A stretch of 62,890 nucleotides of DNA, filler included. It is 3 parts of 3 records of this genome, joined end to end, with 100 filler letters (N's around TTAATTAATTAA, not from the genome) between each part and the next. Parts side by side here need not be neighbours in the genome. Positions count along the whole stretch, not along the records: positions 1 to 29,341 come from DRR378314_1080; 2 more parts are not named here. One strand, given 5' to 3'. Under the pieces are notes generated by a model, which was not told where the DNA came from, ran no database searches, and worked only from the letters and a program-made list of their open reading frames with translations. Shown piece by piece: positions 1-9,343 of the stretch (position 1 is the first letter of the stretch; every line of letters begins with the position of its first letter). The position numbers and the translations under genes were made by a program.

Positions 1-72
1 ATGGTAGACGCGCTAGCTTCAGGTGCTAGTACTGGCAACGGTGTGGAGGTTCGAGTCCTCTCCTGGGCACCA
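1..72 (+). tRNA. tRNA-Leu(CAG), 5' end truncated by the window edge
   Basis: D-loop TGGTAGAC; anticodon arm CTAGC-TTCAGGT-GCTAG (anticodon CAG); long variable arm; T-arm GGAGG-TTCGAGT-CCTCT; ends in CCA at 70-72. Confidence 0.95.
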
Positions 73-99
73 CAGTTCCTCTTCGGTAAGGAGGAACTG
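73..99. terminator. Hairpin immediately after the tRNA (possible terminator or processing signal)
   Basis: Perfect 9-bp inverted repeat CAGTTCCTC(73-81)...GAGGAACTG(91-99) between the converging tRNA and kinase genes. No strong U-tract. Confidence 0.45.
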
Positions 100-181
100 A
101 CGCCTTCCCCGCAAAATTTGATCACGCGTTTCACAACACCGTCAGCTTTACCGCACTTGGCAGTCTTCAATTCTCTGCCCC

Positions 182-2317
182 TCAGGCCGCCAAAGTCTGG
201 TGTTCCTCTTTGTCTTTCCAAGTCTCATCTGAATTGTCTTCCAGCTGCGGCGCGGCATTTCTGGGAAGGGTCATGGTAAAGGTACTGCCCTGCCCCAACA
301 CGCTTTGCGCAGTCAATTCGCCATTATGCGCAATCGCGATATCGCGCGAAATCGCGAGACCCAGGCCGGTGCCATTGTGTTTGCGGCTTGAGGTCGAATC
401 AACCTGATGAAAGGCCTCAAAAACGCTCTCAAGTTGATCTTCGGGAATACCGATCCCACTGTCTTTGACTTCGAACGTCACACCGCCGGGCGAAGACTTG
501 GCGATAACGGAAATCGTACCTTGTTCAGTGAACTTGGTCGCATTGCCAATGAGATTGATCAGCACCTGCTGGATTCGCTTCGCATCCACGTTGATATCAC
601 AATTCACCGCGCTCACTTCCAGCTTCAGGCCCTTGTGCTCCACCATCGGGCGCATCTGTTCGACGACGGTCTCAACGAGACTGGGCACAGTGGTCTGATC
701 AAACTCCATCGCCAATGTCCCGGATTCAATCTTAGCAAAATCAAGAATTTCTGAGATCAGCGTGTACAGTTGGTTTCCTGAATTTTCGATCGAACGCGTC
801 ATCGTTGCAAACTTCGTCACGACCTCATCCAGAATCGGCATGATTTCGGCACTGATTTCAGGGTGCTTTTCAATCTCGGCGATCAGCTTGCTGTAGACCG
901 GCATCTTGACGATGTTCTGTGCAAGGCGCGCATGCCCCAGAATGATCGTCAATGGCGTACGCAATTCATGGCTCAACACGCCCATGAACTCGGTTTTGGC
1001 ACGGTTGGCTGCCTCTGCTTCGCGTTGGGCGATTTTCAGATCCGATACGTCAATCCGCAGACCGACAACCGCACCACAGTCCATCGCGCGGTCATAGGCG
1101 CGGATGAATGTACCATCTGCCAGAATCTGTTCATTGTCCGTCACCTCGATTTCCAGCCTTTGGGACCACTTCTCATACCATTCCTCTTCCCGCCCAACGG
1201 CGTCAGGAATCAGTCCAAGACGCAGGTTCGCCTTGACGATATCCTCATATCGGGCACCGATGCGCACCATGCCTGAACCGCCTGCAATCTCTTTGTAGCG
1301 TTTGTTAAACGCAACAAGGCGGCGGTCGGCGTCAAACATGACAAACCCGTGCTCCAGCGCTTCAATCCCGACAGACAGCAAACGGTCGGATTCGCGGCGC
1401 TTGTCATACAGGCGCAGCACAAGGCCAAAGGCGATGACACATGCCAAAATGACCAAGCTATAGCTGATCGTGCGAATGATGTAATTTGGGAGGTGAGGCG
1501 GCCAGCCGCCATCCGTTGTCGCGGCAAGCTCCCATGTCCCGAAGGGCAGGTTTAAATCCAGAAAGATCGGGTCCGCCTCGAGAACCGCGCCATCGCCAAG
1601 CAGAACATCACCATCTTGAACGTGACCCGCGTAATCCTCGTGAATCAGGATATCAAAACCCTGTTCATATTCGGCGATTCCCAGCTTGTTAAAGAATTTG
1701 TCGTAGTCCAGAACCACCGACAAGACTCCCCAGGGGTTACGTTTACCCGCAGGAGCAGGGGTGAAGACCGGCGTTCTAAGGATCAGCGTTCGATCCTCTG
1801 AGCTAAGCTCAATTGGGCCGCTCATTACGGTTTCACCGGTACGCAGCGCCGCCAGAACCTTGGGCAGGTGTTCCGGCCTGTCACGATAACTCGTTCCCAA
1901 GACATCTTCGTTACCGCTCTTGGGAAACACCATCGATGCAACCATATCGGGCGCTGCTTCGATGAATTTGACATCAGGATTCCCCAGAACGAAATCCAGA
2001 GCCTTTATGTTGAATTCCGTCGCGTTCAGGGTGGGATTCTGGCCAATAATGGTTGCCAGTTCATTCAATGCAAACACCCGGGAAATCAGGTTGTTCTTGA
2101 TCCGCTCACGTACTTCAACCATTTCGATTGTGGTGTTCAGCTTAAGATCTTGAACATGGCTTTCATAGGTCAGGGTCTCATTGCGATAGGCCAGGGCCGA
2201 AAGCAGACCCGCCATCGCCATAAGCGCAAGAGCACGTGTCAAAATGTTGCGTTTGCGCTTCAAAAGCCGCGCATAGAGTTTCAATCGCGTGGCGGCGTCT
2301 CTCTTTTTTATATCCAT
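182..2317 (-). CDS. Membrane sensor histidine kinase: TM-CHASE-TM-PAS-HisKA-HATPase_c, no receiver domain
   Basis: N-terminal TM; CHASE-like periplasmic region (FPKSGNEDVLG, SGPIEL, LILRTPVF, WGVLSVVLD); PAS_7-like GFVMFDADRRLVAFN; H-box SHELRTPL; N-box QVLINLIGNATKFT; G boxes DSGIGI and GTGLGLAIS. Start codon uncertain (2317-2338). Confidence 0.9.
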   Translation of the reverse strand: MDIKKRDAATRLKLYARLLKRKRNILTRALALMAMAGLLSALAYRNETLTYESHVQDLKLNTTIEMVEVRERIKNNLISRVFALNELATIIGQNPTLNATEFNIKALDFVLGNPDVKFIEAAPDMVASMVFPKSGNEDVLGTSYRDRPEHLPKVLAALRTGETVMSGPIELSSEDRTLILRTPVFTPAPAGKRNPWGVLSVVLDYDKFFNKLGIAEYEQGFDILIHEDYAGHVQDGDVLLGDGAVLEADPIFLDLNLPFGTWELAATTDGGWPPHLPNYIIRTISYSLVILACVIAFGLVLRLYDKRRESDRLLSVGIEALEHGFVMFDADRRLVAFNKRYKEIAGGSGMVRIGARYEDIVKANLRLGLIPDAVGREEEWYEKWSQRLEIEVTDNEQILADGTFIRAYDRAMDCGAVVGLRIDVSDLKIAQREAEAANRAKTEFMGVLSHELRTPLTIILGHARLAQNIVKMPVYSKLIAEIEKHPEISAEIMPILDEVVTKFATMTRSIENSGNQLYTLISEILDFAKIESGTLAMEFDQTTVPSLVETVVEQMRPMVEHKGLKLEVSAVNCDINVDAKRIQQVLINLIGNATKFTEQGTISVIAKSSPGGVTFEVKDSGIGIPEDQLESVFEAFHQVDSTSSRKHNGTGLGLAISRDIAIAHNGELTAQSVLGQGSTFTMTLPRNAAPQLEDNSDETWKDKEEHQTLAA

Positions 2318-2761
2318 CACAAACATCTCGCACTGCAACTACTGAACAATCACAGATATGAACGCTCATTGTGGACATATTGAGGCAAAAGGTTAAAATA
2401 GTTCTCGCATAGAGGGAATATTGGACATATTCCCTTATTTTTAGCGCTGAAATGGGACCCCTGTGATCAGAAACCGGAGCCTGGAATCGCAGATCCCACC
2501 ACCAAAACCCCGAAGTTAAGCCCATAAAATCACCTCTGATTGCGGGTTTTTCTGTTTGCAGCTGACGCTTCAGGACTCCCTTGCAGATTAGACATCTCTG
2601 TTGCGCAAACCGCGCCTTGCTGCGGTCTTCCAAAAGATCCGCTGTTCTTTTGCGCTGATGACTGCGCGCAAAAGGAAATGTTCATTGGCGATCCACGTTA
2701 AGACAATACAATATTAAGACGAGACGCTGGTCATCTGGCGCAATTCAGCAATCAGGGCTCC

Positions 2762-3373
2762 ATGACACAATTGATTTCACTTACCACACGCATTCTGGAT
2801 ACTCCCCGCCAGGGGCAAAGACGCCTGATTGCCTTGGCCGGAGCCCCGGCAAGCGGCAAATCCACCTTGGCCGACCAATTGGCGAAAGCCATTTCAGACG
2901 CGGGATGCACCAGCCAAGTTGTCCCAATGGATGGGTTTCACCTGCACAATCCGATATTGACTGCACGGAATCTGTTACCGCGCAAAGGTGCGCCCGAGAC
3001 CTTTGACGCAATCGGTTTTCGCCATCTGATTGCGCGGCTGCGAAGTGAGGATGAAGTGTTTTACCCCACCTTCGACCGCGCGCGTGATATCGCCATCGCC
3101 GCTGGGGGTGTGGTCAACGGATCTTGTGACACAGTTATCATCGAAGGCAATTACCTGCTTTACGATGCTCCGGTGTGGCGGGATCTTGCGAACTTTTGGG
3201 ATTTGTCGATCCGGCTGGCGACACCCATCGCAACGCTGAAGACAAGGCTGGTCGACCGCTGGCGCGCGCATGGGCTGACGCAAGAACAGGCAATCAACCG
3301 CGCGGAAAGCAACGACCTGCCAAACGCGCGGCTTGTCCTCGCCGCTGCACTGCCAGCGGACGTCAATATCTGA
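2762..3373 (+). CDS. P-loop nucleoside/sugar kinase, YggC/FrcK-like (uridine kinase/PRK superfamily)
   Basis: Walker A GAPASGKST, plus family motifs PMDGFHL, RKGAPETFD and IIEGNYLL. Confidence 0.85.
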   Translation: MTQLISLTTRILDTPRQGQRRLIALAGAPASGKSTLADQLAKAISDAGCTSQVVPMDGFHLHNPILTARNLLPRKGAPETFDAIGFRHLIARLRSEDEVFYPTFDRARDIAIAAGGVVNGSCDTVIIEGNYLLYDAPVWRDLANFWDLSIRLATPIATLKTRLVDRWRAHGLTQEQAINRAESNDLPNARLVLAAALPADVNI

Positions 3374-3634
3374 GGTCAGGACACCGGCCCTACTTGTCCA
3401 GCTCACTCTTCCAACAATACCCAATGCCCCATTCGTTCAGAAAACGCCGTTTCTGCGGATAAAAATGGGGAAAATTCGGGTGCTTTCCAGTGACAAAAGA
3501 GAAGTGTTTTCTAAATTTTCATTTGATTTCAAAATTTTACAAACAACCTTCAAGTCGCCCCATAATTTATCGAACTTGGCAAACCTTTGTTTACTTTTCA
3601 TTCCTAGATTTTTGCCACTAGCGAAGGATACCCG

Positions 3635-4369
3635 ATGTTTAACACCTTTTCTCTTTCACAGATTGAGCACGTGCTTGATCTGTTCAGTGTTCCGATGTTT
3701 GTGATTGCAAGAGAGAGCCCGACAAGTGATTTTCGATTGGTCGGGATGAATGCGGCACTTGAAAAGCTTGTGGGCCAACCCCGATCTGCAATCCATGGCC
3801 GATCCATCTCTGAAATTGACCTGATTGGCATGCCAGACAGCGCACAAGAGAACTTTCATAGATGTGTTACGAAAAAGGAAGTTGTGCATTTCACATATCT
3901 GTTCATTCAGGATGAACGTGAGGTGCGGTGGGATACGACCCTTCAATACTCCTGCTGCCCTGATCAGTTTGATCGTATCATCGCAACCACCATCAGGGTC
4001 CCGCAAGAGCGCCCGCTCTTGCAAGACAAACTGGCCTTCGAGGATGTGCGCTACTTCTCATCTATCGCCGATCTGCAACTTGAGAACCTAAGCAGGGCAT
4101 TCAGTTCGGCCACCACCGAGGCGCGGGTATCCCCAATAGATGAAGAACGCATTATGCGACTGCATGCGGTCTGCCGAACTGTTCAACGCAGTATCACCGA
4201 CATTCAGGATATCGTCAGACGCGCCCAGACAAGGCATGCGGCGCTGCAACTTCAACCGCTTCAGAAACCACCCCCGAAACATCCGCCCCTGGAACGAACT
4301 GACGGAATGGATACGGTTCGTGCATTCGATACCACGTGGGAAACCAGACAGGGTGAAGCGAGCCCCTAA
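3635..4369 (+). CDS. PAS-domain protein with a C-terminal helical, HisKA-like segment
   Basis: PAS signature PMFVI...FRLVGMNAALEKLVG...IHGRSISEI and a PAC-like WDTTLQ segment, followed by a helical hairpin-like C-terminus. Confidence 0.7.
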   Translation: MFNTFSLSQIEHVLDLFSVPMFVIARESPTSDFRLVGMNAALEKLVGQPRSAIHGRSISEIDLIGMPDSAQENFHRCVTKKEVVHFTYLFIQDEREVRWDTTLQYSCCPDQFDRIIATTIRVPQERPLLQDKLAFEDVRYFSSIADLQLENLSRAFSSATTEARVSPIDEERIMRLHAVCRTVQRSITDIQDIVRRAQTRHAALQLQPLQKPPPKHPPLERTDGMDTVRAFDTTWETRQGEASP

Positions 4370-4372
4370 AGC

Positions 4373-4410
4373 GTTACCAAATCTTGACAGCAGATATATT
4401 TTAGTAACAT
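4373..4410 (+). promoter_or_regulatory. Putative paa operon promoter (-35 TTGACA) with a flanking inverted repeat, candidate PaaX operator
   Basis: TTGACA at 4384-4389. GTTAC(4373-4377)-N26-GTAAC(4404-4408) brackets it, about 65 nt upstream of the thiolase ATG. Confidence 0.5.
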
Positions 4411-4472
4411 TTTTCTTGCCAGAAGTCGTGCCATCCCCTAGGCTCACTCTATTAAAGGGGAGAGAACGAACG

Positions 4473-5675
4473 ATGTCAGCATTCATCTGCGATGCCCAGC
4501 GCACACCAATTGGTCGGTTTGGCGGGGCACTTGCGTCGGTAAGGGCAGATGACCTTGCTGCGATTCCAATCGCTGCGCTGATGGCCCGCAACCCTGATGT
4601 GGATTGGTCGCGCGTGGACGACGTTATCTATGGCTGCGCAAATCAGGCCGGTGAAGACAACCGGAATGTGGCCCGTATGGCCTCCCTTTTGGCGGGGCTT
4701 CCGGTGGATGTTCCCGGTGCGACGATCAACCGGCTTTGTGCCTCTGGTATGGATGCGGTTGGCGCTGCGGCCCGTGCAATCCGTGCCGGTGACATGGATC
4801 TGGCCATTGCCGGTGGCGTCGAAAGCATGACCCGCGCGCCTTTTGTGATGCCCAAGGCCGAAACCGCCTTTTCCCGCAACAACGCCGTTTATGACACCAC
4901 CATCGGCTGGCGTTTCGTGAACCCGAAAATGAAGGCGCAATATGGCGTCGATTCCATGCCGCAGACGGCGGATAATGTCGCAGAGGACCACAGCGTTAAC
5001 CGCGCTGATCAGGATGCTTTTGCCCTGCGCAGCCAACAACGCTGGGCCGCCGCGGATGCCGCTGGCGTGTTTGCTGATGAAATCACACCGGTCACAATTC
5101 CACAGCGCAAGGGTGATCCAGTCGTCGTCGACCGCGATGAACATCCACGCCCTGATACGGCACTGGAAAAGCTGGGCAAGCTGCGCGGCATCAATGGGCC
5201 GGAGTTGACAGTTACAGCCGGCAACGCCTCTGGTGTGAATGATGGGGCTGCTGCGATGCTGCTTGCCTCCGAACAGGGTGTGAAAGACCACAAACTGACA
5301 CCAATTGCACGTGTGGTTGCCATGTCCGCCGCTGGTGTGGAGCCACGCGTGATGGGCATTGGCCCGATACCTGCCTGTCAAAAGGTACTGGCCCGCGCTG
5401 GCCTGAGCATCGAGCAAATGGATGTGATCGAATTGAACGAAGCCTTTGCCTCGCAAGGTATCGCAACCCTGCGGGCGCTGGGCGTCGCCGACGATGCGCC
5501 ACACGTCAACGCAAACGGCGGGGCCATCGCCATCGGTCACCCGCTCGGCATGTCGGGCGCGCGGCTGGTGATGACAGCCGCGTTACAACTGAAACGGACT
5601 GGCGGCCGCTATGCGCTTTGCACCATGTGTGTCGGCGTGGGTCAGGGTGTCGCGCTGATTCTGGAACGCGCTTAA
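4473..5675 (+). CDS. paaJ: 3-oxoadipyl-CoA / 3-oxo-5,6-dehydrosuberyl-CoA thiolase (PaaJ/PcaF)
   Basis: Motifs [38 protein letters not shown] and CVGVGQG. First gene of the paa operon; ATG 4473 follows a GGGGAG RBS. Confidence 0.93.
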   Translation: MSAFICDAQRTPIGRFGGALASVRADDLAAIPIAALMARNPDVDWSRVDDVIYGCANQAGEDNRNVARMASLLAGLPVDVPGATINRLCASGMDAVGAAARAIRAGDMDLAIAGGVESMTRAPFVMPKAETAFSRNNAVYDTTIGWRFVNPKMKAQYGVDSMPQTADNVAEDHSVNRADQDAFALRSQQRWAAADAAGVFADEITPVTIPQRKGDPVVVDRDEHPRPDTALEKLGKLRGINGPELTVTAGNASGVNDGAAAMLLASEQGVKDHKLTPIARVVAMSAAGVEPRVMGIGPIPACQKVLARAGLSIEQMDVIELNEAFASQGIATLRALGVADDAPHVNANGGAIAIGHPLGMSGARLVMTAALQLKRTGGRYALCTMCVGVGQGVALILERA

Positions 5676-5705
5676 ACCAACGTTTTTCTTGAAAGGACCT
5701 GAACG

Positions 5706-6698
5706 ATGTATGCACAGATGATCAAGTCTACCGGTGAGGGCGTCAAATCCCTTGACGAGATGGAACCGGATGAACGCGCCTTTCAGGAGCGGATCAATGC
5801 AGGCGGCAAGATCGAGCCGAAGGATTGGATGCCCGAGGGCTATCGCAAGAACCTGATCCGCCAGATTGGCCAACACGCGCATAGCGAAATTGTTGGCCAA
5901 CTGCCCGAAGGCAACTGGATCACCCGCGCGCCAACATTGGAACGCAAGGCAATCCTGCTGGCCAAGGTGCAGGATGAGGCAGGTCATGGTCTTTACCTTT
6001 ATTGCGCTGCTGAAACGCTGGGTGTGACCCGCGATGACCTCACCCGCGACCTGCTCTCGGGCAAGATGAAGTATTCGTCGATCTTCAATTACCCGACGTT
6101 GACATGGGCCGATATGGGCGCGGTCGGCTGGCTGGTCGATGGCGCTGCGATCATGAATCAGGTGCCCCTGCAACGCACCTCTTACGGTCCATATGCCCGC
6201 GCCATGGTGCGTATCTGCAAAGAGGAATCGTTCCACCAGCGTCAGGGTTTCGACATCATGATGAAGATGGCGAATGGCACCGAGGCACAGCGCAAAATGG
6301 CACAGGATGCGTTGAACCGGTTCTGGGGCCCATCCCTGATGATGTTCGGTCCTTCGGACGCTGAATCAGTGCACTCGGCGCAAAGCATGGCGTGGAAGAT
6401 CAAGATGAACTCCAACGACGAGCTGCGTCAGAAGTTCGTGGACCAGACTGCACCGCAAGCGGAATACCTTGGCCTGACGATCCCCGACGAGACGTGCAAG
6501 TTTAACGAGGAAACCGGCCATTACGACTTCGCCCAACCGGATTGGGACGAATTTTTCGACGTGCTGCGCGGCAACGGGCCCTGCAACACGGAACGGCTTG
6601 AGGCGCGTAACAAAGCCTGGGACGACGGGCGTTGGGTGCGTGAAGGCCTTTTGGCCCATGCTGCGAAAAAGCGCAGCGCGAAACTGGCAGCGGAGTAA
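5706..6698 (+). CDS. paaA: 1,2-phenylacetyl-CoA epoxidase subunit A
   Basis: [35 protein letters not shown] and [11 protein letters not shown] di-iron motifs. Confidence 0.97.
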   Translation: MYAQMIKSTGEGVKSLDEMEPDERAFQERINAGGKIEPKDWMPEGYRKNLIRQIGQHAHSEIVGQLPEGNWITRAPTLERKAILLAKVQDEAGHGLYLYCAAETLGVTRDDLTRDLLSGKMKYSSIFNYPTLTWADMGAVGWLVDGAAIMNQVPLQRTSYGPYARAMVRICKEESFHQRQGFDIMMKMANGTEAQRKMAQDALNRFWGPSLMMFGPSDAESVHSAQSMAWKIKMNSNDELRQKFVDQTAPQAEYLGLTIPDETCKFNEETGHYDFAQPDWDEFFDVLRGNGPCNTERLEARNKAWDDGRWVREGLLAHAAKKRSAKLAAE

Positions 6699-6702
6699 GA
6701 AC

Positions 6703-7047
6703 ATGAGCAGCCCTGAAACCAGCCCCTATAAAGACAGCGAAGCCAGCCCGCATGGCGAAACCCGCGCAACCGAATGGCCCCTTTGGGAAATTTTCATTCG
6801 CGGACAACACGGGCTAAGCCACCGCCACGTGGGCAGCCTTCATGCGCCGGATGCCGAAATGGCGATCAAGAACGCACGTGATGTCTACACCCGCCGCAAC
6901 GAGGGTGTCAGCATCTGGGCTGTTGAAGCTTCTGACATCGCTGCTTCCTCGCCCGAGGAAAAAGGCGCGCTTTATGAGCCTGCGAACGACAAGGTGTACC
7001 GCCACCCGACATTCTTCAACATCCCTGACGAAGTGGGGGCGATGTGA
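6703..7047 (+). CDS. paaB: 1,2-phenylacetyl-CoA epoxidase subunit B
   Basis: WPLWEIFIRGQHGLSHRHVGSLHAPDAEMAIKNARDVYTRRNEG and KVYRHPTF. Confidence 0.96.
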   Translation: MSSPETSPYKDSEASPHGETRATEWPLWEIFIRGQHGLSHRHVGSLHAPDAEMAIKNARDVYTRRNEGVSIWAVEASDIAASSPEEKGALYEPANDKVYRHPTFFNIPDEVGAM

Positions 7048-7799
7048 ATACGCCATTGTTCGAATTTCTCTGCCGCATGGGTGATAACACGCTGGTGCTG
7101 GGGCACCGTGTGTCCGAATGGTGCGGCGTGGCCCCGGTGCTGGAAGAAGACATCGCGCTGGCCAATACCGCGCTTGATCTGATCGGACAAACCCAACTGT
7201 GGCTGGGCATGGCCGGCGAAGTTGAGGGCAAGGACCGCGACGCGGACAAGCTGGCCTTTCACCGCGATGTCTGGGATTTCCGCAATGCCCTGCTGTGTGA
7301 ACAGCCCAACGGCGATTTCGGCCAGACGATGATGCGCCAGTTCCTGTTCGACACATGGCATCTGATCATGCTCAAGGCGTTGGCCAGTTCGTCGAATGAA
7401 CAGATCGCCGCCATCGCGGAAAAGTCAGTGAAAGAGGTGACCTATCATCAGGAACGCTCTGCCGATACGGTGATCGGCCTGGGTGACGGCACCGAAGAAA
7501 GCCACATGCGCATGCAGAAAGCGCTTGATAAGTTGTGGCCGTATGTCGGCGAGCTGTTCATCGGGGATGAAGTGGATGCCGCAATGGTTGAACAGGGCAT
7601 CGCGCCTGATCCCGCCTCGCTTCGCGCCACTTTTGACAGTCAGCTGGATGCGGTTCTGGCAGAGGCGACCCTAACCAAGCCTGCCGATGATTTCGCCCAT
7701 AAGGGTGGCAAGACGGGTGCCCGCCATACAGAACATCTGGGCCATATGTTGACGCAGATGCAATGGTTGCAACGCGCCTATCCGGATGCGTCATGGTAA
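7044..7799 (+). CDS. paaC: 1,2-phenylacetyl-CoA epoxidase subunit C
   Basis: GDNTLVLGHRVSEWCGVAPVLEEDIALAN, KEVTYH, HTEHLG and C-terminal RAYPDASW. Confidence 0.96.
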   Translation: MNTPLFEFLCRMGDNTLVLGHRVSEWCGVAPVLEEDIALANTALDLIGQTQLWLGMAGEVEGKDRDADKLAFHRDVWDFRNALLCEQPNGDFGQTMMRQFLFDTWHLIMLKALASSSNEQIAAIAEKSVKEVTYHQERSADTVIGLGDGTEESHMRMQKALDKLWPYVGELFIGDEVDAAMVEQGIAPDPASLRATFDSQLDAVLAEATLTKPADDFAHKGGKTGARHTEHLGHMLTQMQWLQRAYPDASW

Positions 7800-8260
7800 T
7801 CGAAAAGCCCGGCTTAGAGACTGTTTGGAAATGGCTTTCTGCCGTGCCGGATCCGGAAATTCCGGTGATCTCGCTGACGGATTTGGGGATCATCCGGGAT
7901 GTCCAGTGGCAAGGCGACACTTTGGAAGTGACCGTAACGCCAACCTATTCCGGCTGTCCGGCGACCAGCATCATCAATCTGGACATCGAAACCGCCTTGC
8001 GCGGCCATGGCATCGAAAACCTGACCCTGAAACGGCAATTGTCGCCAGCATGGACCACCGACTGGCTGACCGAAAGCGGTAAGGCCAAGCTGGAAGAATA
8101 CGGCATCGCTCCGCCGCAACCGGCCGGCGGGCCAAAACATTGCCCGCGCTGCAAATCCACCGCAGTAGAGCGGATCAGCCAGTTCGGCTCGACCCCCTGC
8201 AAGGCGCAGTGGCGGTGCCAAGACTGCCTGGAACCCTTCGACTATTTCAAATGTATTTGA
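7793..8260 (+). CDS. paaD: Phenylacetyl-CoA epoxidase subunit D (FeS assembly SUF-like domain)
   Basis: VPDPEIPVISLTDLGIIR, TPTYSGCPA, CPRC...FGSTPCKA..RC..CLEPFDYFKCI. Confidence 0.96.
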   Translation: MVIEKPGLETVWKWLSAVPDPEIPVISLTDLGIIRDVQWQGDTLEVTVTPTYSGCPATSIINLDIETALRGHGIENLTLKRQLSPAWTTDWLTESGKAKLEEYGIAPPQPAGGPKHCPRCKSTAVERISQFGSTPCKAQWRCQDCLEPFDYFKCI

Positions 8261-8269
8261 GGCCCTGAC

Positions 8270-9334
8270 ATGAGCCAGTTTCACCCCGTAACAGTGACTG
8301 ATATCCATCACACCATCCGCGATGCGGTTGTCCTGACGCTTGAGCCCGAAAACGCAGAAGCCTTCGCGTTTACCCAAGGCCAGTACCTGACCTTCAAACA
8401 GGATTTCGACGGCACCGAACTGCGGCGGAACTATTCAATCTGCGCCGGTCTGGATGACGGCAAACTGCAAGTTGGCATCAAACGTGTGGACGGCGGGGCG
8501 TTTTCGACTTTCGCCAATACCGAATTGAAAGTCGGTGACACCCTGCATGTGATGCCGCCACAGGGCAAATTTTTCACTGCGTTAGAGCCTGATCGCGCCA
8601 AGAACTACCTTGGCTTTGCGGGCGGCTCTGGCGTGACGCCAGTCTTGTCGATCCTGAAAACAGTGTTGAAACGCGAACCGCTTAGCACCTTCACGCTGGT
8701 CTATGCCAACCGCGCCGTGAACACGATTATGTTTCGCGAAGAGCTGGAAGACCTCAAAAACAAATACATGGGCCGCCTGACAATCATCCACATGCTGGAA
8801 TCGGGACAGGACATCGACCTGTTCACCGGTCGCGTGGATCAGGACAAATGCAAGGCGTTGTTCAAACAGTGGATCGATGTGAAATCAATCGACACCGCTT
8901 TCATTTGCGGGCCGGAGCCGATGATGCTGGCGATCGCCGAAAGCCTGAAAACCCACGGGTTAGAGGCTGATCAGATCAAGTTCGAGCTGTTCAGCGAAAG
9001 CCAACAAGGCCAGCTTGCGAAACAGGAAATGGCCAAGCGCAGTGAGGGGCAAAAAGGCACCGAACTGACCGTGATCATCGAAGGGGCGCAGCGCACCTTT
9101 GAAATGCCGAAAGGACAATCCGTTCTGGATGCCGCCCTTGCCAACGGACAGGATGCACCGTTCGCCTGTAAGGCGGGCGTTTGTTCAACCTGTATGTGCA
9201 AGGTGGTTGAAGGCGAGGTTGAAATGATCAGCAACCACGCGCTTGAGGATTACGAGGTGGAACGCGGTTATGTGCTGTCCTGCCAATCCTACCCGCTGAC
9301 GGATAAGCTGATCATCGATTACGACACACATTAA
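8270..9334 (+). CDS. paaE: Phenylacetyl-CoA epoxidase reductase subunit (FAD/NADPH, 2Fe-2S)
   Basis: RRNYSIC, AGGSGVTP, FICGPEPM and C-terminal ferredoxin motif CKAGVCSTC...VLSCQ. Confidence 0.95.
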   Translation: MSQFHPVTVTDIHHTIRDAVVLTLEPENAEAFAFTQGQYLTFKQDFDGTELRRNYSICAGLDDGKLQVGIKRVDGGAFSTFANTELKVGDTLHVMPPQGKFFTALEPDRAKNYLGFAGGSGVTPVLSILKTVLKREPLSTFTLVYANRAVNTIMFREELEDLKNKYMGRLTIIHMLESGQDIDLFTGRVDQDKCKALFKQWIDVKSIDTAFICGPEPMMLAIAESLKTHGLEADQIKFELFSESQQGQLAKQEMAKRSEGQKGTELTVIIEGAQRTFEMPKGQSVLDAALANGQDAPFACKAGVCSTCMCKVVEGEVEMISNHALEDYEVERGYVLSCQSYPLTDKLIIDYDTH

Positions 9335-9343
9335 GGAGCCAAC

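Noticed and set aside
4140..4472. 111-aa N-terminal extension of the thiolase shown in the ORF track
   Set aside because: It overlaps the PAS gene and the promoter. Thiolase homology and the RBS point to ATG 4473.
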